Shown here one piece after another: positions 56,421 to 64,000 of a stretch of 64,000 bases of DNA. Positions within the stretch are counted from its first letter, which is position 1. Every line of letters starts with the position of its first letter. The stretch lies in NCBI GenBank assembly GCA_951406725.2, contig OX597831.1, positions 77,500,001-77,564,000 on the forward strand, written 5' to 3'. Below the pieces are notes generated by a model, which searched no databases, was not told where the DNA came from, and was given only the letters and a program-made list of their open reading frames with translations. The stretch comes from Octopus vulgaris (taxonomy: Eukaryota). The position numbers and the translations under genes were made by a program.

Positions 56421-57211
56421 GTATATGTATATATATATATATAGATGTTTGTACGTATGTGTGTAGGTAGGTAGGTATGTATGTATGTATGTATGTATGT
56501 ATATGTATATATATAGAGATGTATGTATGTAGATAGGTAGGTAGGTAGGTGTGTGTGTATGTATGAATTAATGTATGTGTGAATTTATGTAGGTATGTTA
56601 TGTATGTGTATGAATATATGTATGTATGTTTATGTATGCATGTATGTGTGTATGAATATATGTATCTATGGATGTATGTCTGTATGTATGTGTGTATGTG
56701 CGTATATATGCATGAATATATGTATGTATGTATGTAGGTAGGTAGGTAGGTAGGTACGCACGCACGTAAGCATGTATGCACAGGTGCGTGCTTGCGCATA
56801 TGTTTGATTTTAGATGTGTGTGTGTGTGTGTGTGTGAATGTGTGTGAGTTTGACTATGCACGCATGTGAGTTGGGATGTGTACGCATGTGTGTGTGTGTG
56901 TGTGCCTGTGTTTGTCAACCCTTGTCAATCATTGTTGGTGTGCTTGCGTCTCCGTAACTTTGCGGTTTGGCAAATGAGACCGACAGAAAAAGTACCAGGC
57001 TTTAAAAAGTAAGAACTGGGATCGATTCTTTCGACTAAAATTCCTCAGGGTGCTGCCCCAACATGGCGCATATATAGAGAAGTTGTCGTACACGGGCATA
57101 CGCATGTATGTATGTATGTATGTATGTATGTATGTATGTATGTGTGTAGATTTGTGTTTTACGTATGTATTCTCATGCATATAGTTGCATATCTAGACAT
57201 GCTCATATATA

Positions 57212-57528
57212 TTTAAATAATAAACTTCTGGAAAGTTTTACAGATTTTTGCAGTTCCAGTGATGGATTGGATCTGTAGTCTTCGAATTAGCTTTCTCCTT
57301 TCTGGTTTTGAGAAGCCTAATTTTTCAAGATTGGTATTTAAGCAGCGTGTTACATATCCCAGGGCTCCAATAATTACAGGTATAAACCTGAACTTGTAAT
57401 CTCGATAGAGTAACTGCAGATTTCTCGATAGTTCAGCATAGCTGATCTTCAGCTTTATCTTAACATCCGCTGGGCAGCTAATTTCCACAACTGCGCCATA
57501 GTTTCTCTTCTCTATCCCAAATCATTAT
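57212..57528 (-). pseudogene. C-terminal restriction-like endonuclease fragment of an R4/Dong/CRE-type LINE
   Basis: IMIWDREEK..VVEISCPAD..YAEL..IPVIIGALG, compared with IPVVIGALG in the 62.4-kb element. Confidence 0.8.
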
Positions 57529-58695
57529 GTATGTATGTATGTATGTATGTATGTATGTATGTATGTATGTATGTATGTATGTATGTATGTATGTATGTAT
57601 GTATGTATGTATGTATGTATGTATGTGTGAATTTATGTATGTATGTATGCATGTATGTATGTTCGTACATACGTATGAATGTAGATAAATGTTGAACGAT
57701 GAAAATGAGTGCTCAATACTGCATTGGTGGATAGAATTTCTTTATTTGTGAATTAGGGTTACCATTAGTTTTCTGCTAAGAAAAGTAGGATAATATCCTA
57801 GTGTCTTAACAATTTTTGAAGCCGATCACATGGAGAATGAGGTTCGCCTCCATTTTGGAAAACATAATTTAATAGATAGATAGATATATAAAGGTCCCCT
57901 CCGGTCATGAATGACCATGGGATTGCACCTAGAATGTTCCCTTCCGAGGCACAAATCTGGGCAAGGTTATTTATGGAAGACCAGCCTCCCCTCTCCACGC
58001 CACTGATGTTATCCAAGGGAAAGGCAAAGGGGTCGACACAGCTTGTCACCTGTGACGTCGCAATTTCTACAGCTGAGTGAAATGGAGCAACGTGAAAATA
58101 AAGTGTCTTGCTCAAGAACACAGCACACAGCCCGGTCCGGGACTCGAGCTCACAACCTCATGATTGTGAAGCCGACGCTCTAACCACTGCGCCATCTAAC
58201 CGCTCTTCATTCCTCAGCGACACATACCACCACAAATACCCAAACACCACTACCACCACCCTCAACCATTATTTTCTCGCCATTCAACCATTCTTTCATT
58301 CACTCACCTCTACTTAACACCAACTATTTATTCAATAAGGCCACATTTAGTTATTTGTTGAATAATGTAATTGTATTGAACGAATGACTGAGAGAGAGAG
58401 AGAAAGGGAGAGAAGGAGGAGAGAGAGGGAGGAGAGACAGAAAAAGAAAGACAGTTTCTTGCTATTTTTCTTCACTTCAACAACAACAAGCACCACATTA
58501 TATACTTCGTTTCTTTCAATAGTACAATATTTGTATTAAAATCTCTTTCTCTTACTTTCCCCCCTCCTCCCCCTTTTTTCTTTTGGCTCCAAAACTGTTT
58601 ATATTTGCTTAACTTCTACTACCTTCCTTTTATTTTTCTATGTTTGCGCTGACGTTGCTACTCAGATTATGATCATTAAATTATTATTATTATTA

Positions 58696-58733
<38 letters not shown>

Positions 58734-60767
58734 GGGGCGGCGAGTTAGCAAAATTGTTAGTGCGTCGGACAAAAGGCTTAGCGGCATTTCTTCCGGCTCT
58801 TTACATTCTGAGTTCAAATTCCGACGTAGGGGTCAAATTTGCCTTTCATCTTTTTCGGTGGGGGGGGGGGAGGGCGGTGTCTGTGAAATAACGTACCATT
58901 CATATACTGAGGGCGATGCGATCGACCAATCCCATCCCATAAACCTGTTGCCCTTATGTCAAAATTTGAAAGCCTTATTATCAAGGCAAGCGAGCTGGTA
59001 GAATCGTTATTGCGCGAGAGGCAAAAGGCTCTTTATGTTCTGAATTTAAATACCACCGAGATTAACTTTACCATTCATCCTTTAAGGATCGATGAAAGAA
59101 ATTGACCTGAGTAGAGTCGTCGTAATTGACTACCTCTCCCCCGCAAAAAAAAAAAAAAAAAATCTCAGCGTTGTTCCAAAATTAATTATTTTCCTGGGTT
59201 TTATGAAAGAAGCTGTTCAAATCCTTCGGCAGTTTTCGATTTTTTTTTAAAGGTCTACACCAATACGAAGGTAAAACTATTCAGAACTGTGGGCTGCTAT
59301 CGTTTAATAAATTTGTTAAAAGGTTTGTGAGAGTTGTATGGTGTGCGTGAATGGGCCGATTCGGCTCTTGGCATATACCCCTGTGATGGAAATGGCATCT
59401 AGAAGAAATCAATTACCTTTCGTAGTCAGAATAATCCAGATGTGTAGGGGATCTTGACTAATACGAGGTGAGTGCCCTCCTCTCTGTAGATTTCACCCCC
59501 ACGTTTCTATACTGTGTATACCATTCTTTTTTGTCATTTGGCCAATTTCGAGGTAAAAAATCACAACTCGCCCCTAAAATGTCCTTTCATAGGGCGACAT
59601 TTGCAAGAATAAATTATTTTTGGCAGAATTATTGGAACAATCGAATAAACTTCTTGAAGTATTTAATCGAGCCCGAAAAGTTGAGAAGCATAATCAATGT
59701 GGGCGGGATTTGAACTCGACCCGTAAAGAACCGAAAGAAAAGCTTCTAAGCCCTCTGTCCGACGCGTTAACAATTCTGCCAGCCCGATGCCTAGATGATA
59801 ATTCTTGAGATGCTTGTTTGTCCACAAGGACCCAAGACGTTGGGGGACAGAATGAAAGAGACAGCAAACAAGGAGTCGATTTGTATCATCTCATTTCGTG
59901 AGATGAACAAAGAACAAAAACGCACCTCAGTAAATAGTTTACAGAAAAAAATGAACTGAGTGGTAAGGTGCTTGCTCCCCAGCCACATGGTTCCGGGTTC
60001 AGTCCCACTGCGTGGCACCTTCGGCTGGTGCCGTTTTACCAACTAAAGCCTTGGACCAACTAAAGCCTTCTGAGTGGATTTGATAGACAGAATATATATT
60101 TATGTGTGTTCGTGTGTCTGTTTGTCCACCATCACCGCTTGACAACCGGTGTTAGCTTTTTTACGTCCCAGTAGCTTAGCGGTTCAGCAAAACAGACCAA
60201 TAGAGTAAGCACCAGGCTTTGAGAAAATTCAAGTACTTGGGTCGATTCATTCGACAAAAATTTCTTCAAGTGGGTGCCCCACATTGACTGCAGTCTAATG
60301 ACAAACCGGAAAAGGATAAAAGAAAAGAAGCCATGATCAAAATCGAGCAAGCGCATAAAGGGCTTTGAAGCATTCCAGAAACCACACCAATTTAGCTTGG
60401 CGCGCTCAGAATCAAGAGCACCGTCCTAGTTCATTCTGTAAACTTCCAACTACTTAGGGTCAAACCATTTAGCTACGCCATTTCCGCTGCTCTCTTCTTA
60501 CCCATTTACACGTTCCAGTCATATGACTGCGGCCATGCTGGAGCATCGCATTTAGTCGAAGAAACTGACCCCAGGATATTTTCTTTGTAAGCCTAGTACT
60601 TATTCTATCGGTGTCTTTTAACGAACCGCTAAGTTTTGGACACATAAAACAACCAACATCGGTTGTCAAGCGATGGCGGAGGGACAAACACAGACATAAA
60701 GACACTGACGCATAAATATATATACAACTTTTTAAAATTCCTTCTCTCTGTTTATTTCCTGGTGTTA

Positions 60768-60804
60768 CTTTTCTGATGAAGAGCGTAGGTTCGAAACGTA
60801 AAAG
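60768..60804 (+). ncRNA. Minimal type I hammerhead ribozyme motif in a short repeat (60725-61060) lying within a SINE
   Basis: ctttt-CTGATGA-A-GAGC-gtag-GTTC-GAAAC-GTA-aaag. Confidence 0.7.
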
Positions 60805-60926
60805 ACTTTCTCACATTCCCGCGCGTCAAACTATTTCACCTGCTTGTTTATACACTTGTTTTCGTCTTTTGTTTTTCTGCAATTTTCAACTTTTCAACTA
60901 CACACAAACACACACACACACACACA

Positions 60927-60965
<39 letters not shown>

Positions 60966-61063
60966 ACACACACACATATATATATCACTTCCCGAGCGTT
61001 AAACTAATTCATCTGTTTGTTGTTTACACACCCGTCTTCGTCTTTTTTTTTTGTAAATTCCAT

Positions 61064-61094
<31 letters not shown>

Positions 61095-61721
61095 TACACA
61101 ACGGGCTTCTTTCAGTTTCCGTCTAGAAAATCCACTCACAAGGCTTTGGTCGGCCTGAAGCTATAACAGAAGACACTTTCCCAAGGTTCCACACAGCGGG
61201 ACTGAACCCGGAACCCTGGAACCGTATGTTTGGGAAACAAGATTCTTACCACGCAGCCACGCCTACGCTTACCTTTCATAAAATTCATTGAAGCACAGCA
61301 TCAACCTGTCTTTCTTACTTAAAGAGGATGAAGTCATAGGCTAAGAGATAAAACCCTGACCTCAAACTTTTCAACCGCGTCCGACATAATTCTTTTCGCT
61401 CTAATCCCCGAAGTAGCAACCGCTCTTTATCGGATCCATCCCGAACGCGAAAAGTCCGTTGCTGAGCCTACTCTCGTCGTCATCATCGTCGTCGTTATCA
61501 TCTGTTAATGCTACTACTGCTATGATCTACATAGTTTGTTTTGCTGCTGTTGTTGTTGTTGTTGTTGTGGCTGATGTTGCACCTCTCCCAGTTTATGTAA
61601 ACAGCGATATACCTTGCACGACGAGTTCTCTAACGCGTACACAAAAGAAGAAATAAGAAAGAGCCGTATGCAAAAGAAAGTATCATTCTTATCTTTGTAT
61701 GATTGTTACAACTGGAATAGA

Positions 61722-61777
61722 TTCTTCTTCTTCTTCTTCTTCTTCTTCTTCTTCTTCTTCTTCTTCTTCTTCTTCTT

Positions 61778-61854
<77 letters not shown>

Positions 61855-61906
61855 CATTATCATCATCATTATTATTACCATTATGATCATGATCATCATC
61901 ATCATT

Positions 61907-61959
<53 letters not shown>

Positions 61960-62062
61960 TATTATTATTATTATTATTATTGTTGTTGTTGTTATTATTA
62001 TTATTCTGGTGGCTGTGGCGAAAGAGGTTGTTTGGTGGAGATTATTATTATTATTATCATCA

Positions 62063-62109
<47 letters not shown>

Positions 62110-62110
62110 G

Positions 62111-62142
<32 letters not shown>

Positions 62143-62191
62143 ATCATCATCATTTTTATTATCATTATTATCATCATCATCATCATCATCA

Positions 62192-62241
<50 letters not shown>
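61722..62241. repeat. (TTC)n-(ATT)n-(ATC)n compound trinucleotide array
   Basis: Direct reading. Confidence 0.95.
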
Positions 62242-62242
<1 letters not shown>

Positions 62243-63751
62243 TATGTTTGACTTTTGCTTTATGTCTGTACAAGTTGGCTCCAAGTCTCACCCAGAGACC
62301 TAAAGAGACAACAGGTTGGAAGTTCTGTGCCATACATTTGGGGTTTTTTTTTTGTTTTTTTTTGTGTTGTACTAGTGAATGTCTAATACATAAAAATTAA
62401 AATTAAAAAAAAAAAAAGTTTGTTTTAAACCTTGGGATTACATAGAGAGTATTTTGCGTAGGATATGAGCAGTTCCCATGAGCACTATCTTTTGAATTTC
62501 TGCCATTTTGGGGTTTCCTGGTATCTGAGTTAGGTAGCAATCAGTCCCTTTCGCTATCATTCCCAGGGCACCTATGACAACAGGTATTGTTTTAGTCTCC
62601 AGCTTCCACATTTTGCTGATTTCTATTTCAAGATCTTTATATTTGCTCAGTTTTTGGTAGGTCATGACAGATACGTTTATATCGATTGGGACAGTCATAT
62701 CAATGAGGAGGCATGTTCTTTGTCTGAAGTCTTTCAATATGATGTCTGGCCTATTTGCATCTATCTTCCTGTCAGTTTGAATGGTGAAGTTCCAGAGGAG
62801 TGAAATGTGGTCATTTTCAAGCACTGGAGGTGGATTGTGTTCCCACCGGTTTTTTTCATGGGGCAAATCCATGTTTTTGCAAATTACCCAGTGAATATAT
62901 TGTGCAGCTCTATCATGCTTACTGAGGTACTCTGTAGGCACTAGAAGACTGCATTTGGAGACAACACGATCAATGGTTTCATTTTGTTGTCGGCATTCAC
63001 GACATGTTGGGCTACTGCCGTTCTTTAATATGTTGGCCTGGTAGTTTCTTGTTGGTAGGCATTGATCTTGAGCTGCTATGATAAACCCCTCTGTTTCAGA
63101 TTTTAAGCCAGAGGCCATTAGCCATTGACGGGTCAGGGCTTTGTCGATATCTGCATTATTCGCTCTCTTTGGGTATTTGCCATAGAGAGGTTTTTCTTGC
63201 CATTTATCCTTCAGAATATCTAAGGCCGCAGTTTTGGCACGGGTTTTCATGCGCCTAGCTTTTTCTGTGTTTGTTTCTTGTATATCTATCTCTAATTCCG
63301 AAATTGGTTCTATTCGGAATTCACTTAGGTATTCCTTTGCCTGTTTTGTGACTGAGTATGATGCTTTCTCGTTTTCATGTTTTGAGACAAGTTTTAACAT
63401 CCAGTCCTCACAGTTTTTCAGGTAGGTGTCTAGGCCAATTGTAGCAATCTTCATTGTTATTGCTAGTTGCAAAAGACCACGGCCTCCCTCTTTTCTTGGC
63501 AGATAGAGTCGTTCTGTATCTGCCTTAGGGTGGTGCATTCTATGCATTGTCAACAGTTTCCTTATTTTTCTGTCGAGCTGACATATTTCAGTAATTGACC
63601 AGTTAACAATATTGAAACTGTAAGTCACGACTGGTATGGCTAATGCATTGATCGCTTCGATTCTGTTTCTTGCATTCAGCTCTGTCTTGAGTATTGCTCT
63701 CACTCTTCGATAGCATTCTCTCCTGATCCTTTCCTTCATCTCTGAATGCCT
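62242..63751 (-). mobile_element. 5'-truncated R4/Dong-clade LINE in (TAA)n repeats; ORF open from 63751 to 62438
   Basis: RT thumb region with RLYLPRKEGGRGL, then AAQDQ, a zinc finger CRECRQQNETIDRVVSKC (H>R), RLE motifs RPDII..LIDM..K..KY and IPVVIGALG, a ~195-bp 3' UTR and (AAT)n. The first ~62 aa of the listed ORF come from flank and microsatellite. Confidence 0.92.
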
Positions 63752-63762
63752 TATTATTATTA

Positions 63763-63836
<74 letters not shown>

Positions 63837-64000
63837 GTTGTTGTTGTTGTTGTTGTTGTTATTATTATTATTCTGGGGGCTGTGGCGAAAGGGGATGTTT
63901 GGTGGACAAGGCTGAAAGGCCACGAGGACAGATACATTCCTGTTTGGTAGAGCTCTCATTGACTTCTCCAAGTTTCCCTTCAAAATTGAATTGAGGGTGG

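Noticed and set aside
63752-63937. N-terminus of the listed 499-aa ORF
   Set aside because: In-frame flank and (AAT)n microsatellite; the LINE is 5'-truncated and lacks the RT catalytic core.

Overview
AT-rich, extremely microsatellite-dense eukaryotic DNA ((TA)n, (CA)n, (TATG)n, (CTAT)n, (AAT)n, (GAT)n). The SINE and LINE content suggests a coleoid cephalopod such as Octopus; this is an inference. No host gene is recognisable, and nearly all listed ORFs are microsatellite artefacts. Real coding remnants are all transposon-derived: an uninterrupted 425-aa L1/Tx1-type ORF1 in an element lacking ORF2, inserted into the tRNA head of a SINE; a decayed Penelope-like element (RT + GIY-YIG); an RTE-type AP endonuclease fragment; two R4/Dong-type RLE LINE fragments; and mariner fragments. 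The window also holds dozens of tRNA-derived SINE copies (about 4 families), several MITEs, Helitron/Helentron-like pieces and an intron-containing tRNA-Lys(UUU) gene or pseudogene. About 8 hammerhead-ribozyme motifs occur in Penelope-type or retrozyme-like short repeats. Several local inverted duplications and one templated insertion are present. All coordinates were counted by eye; repeat boundaries are approximate.
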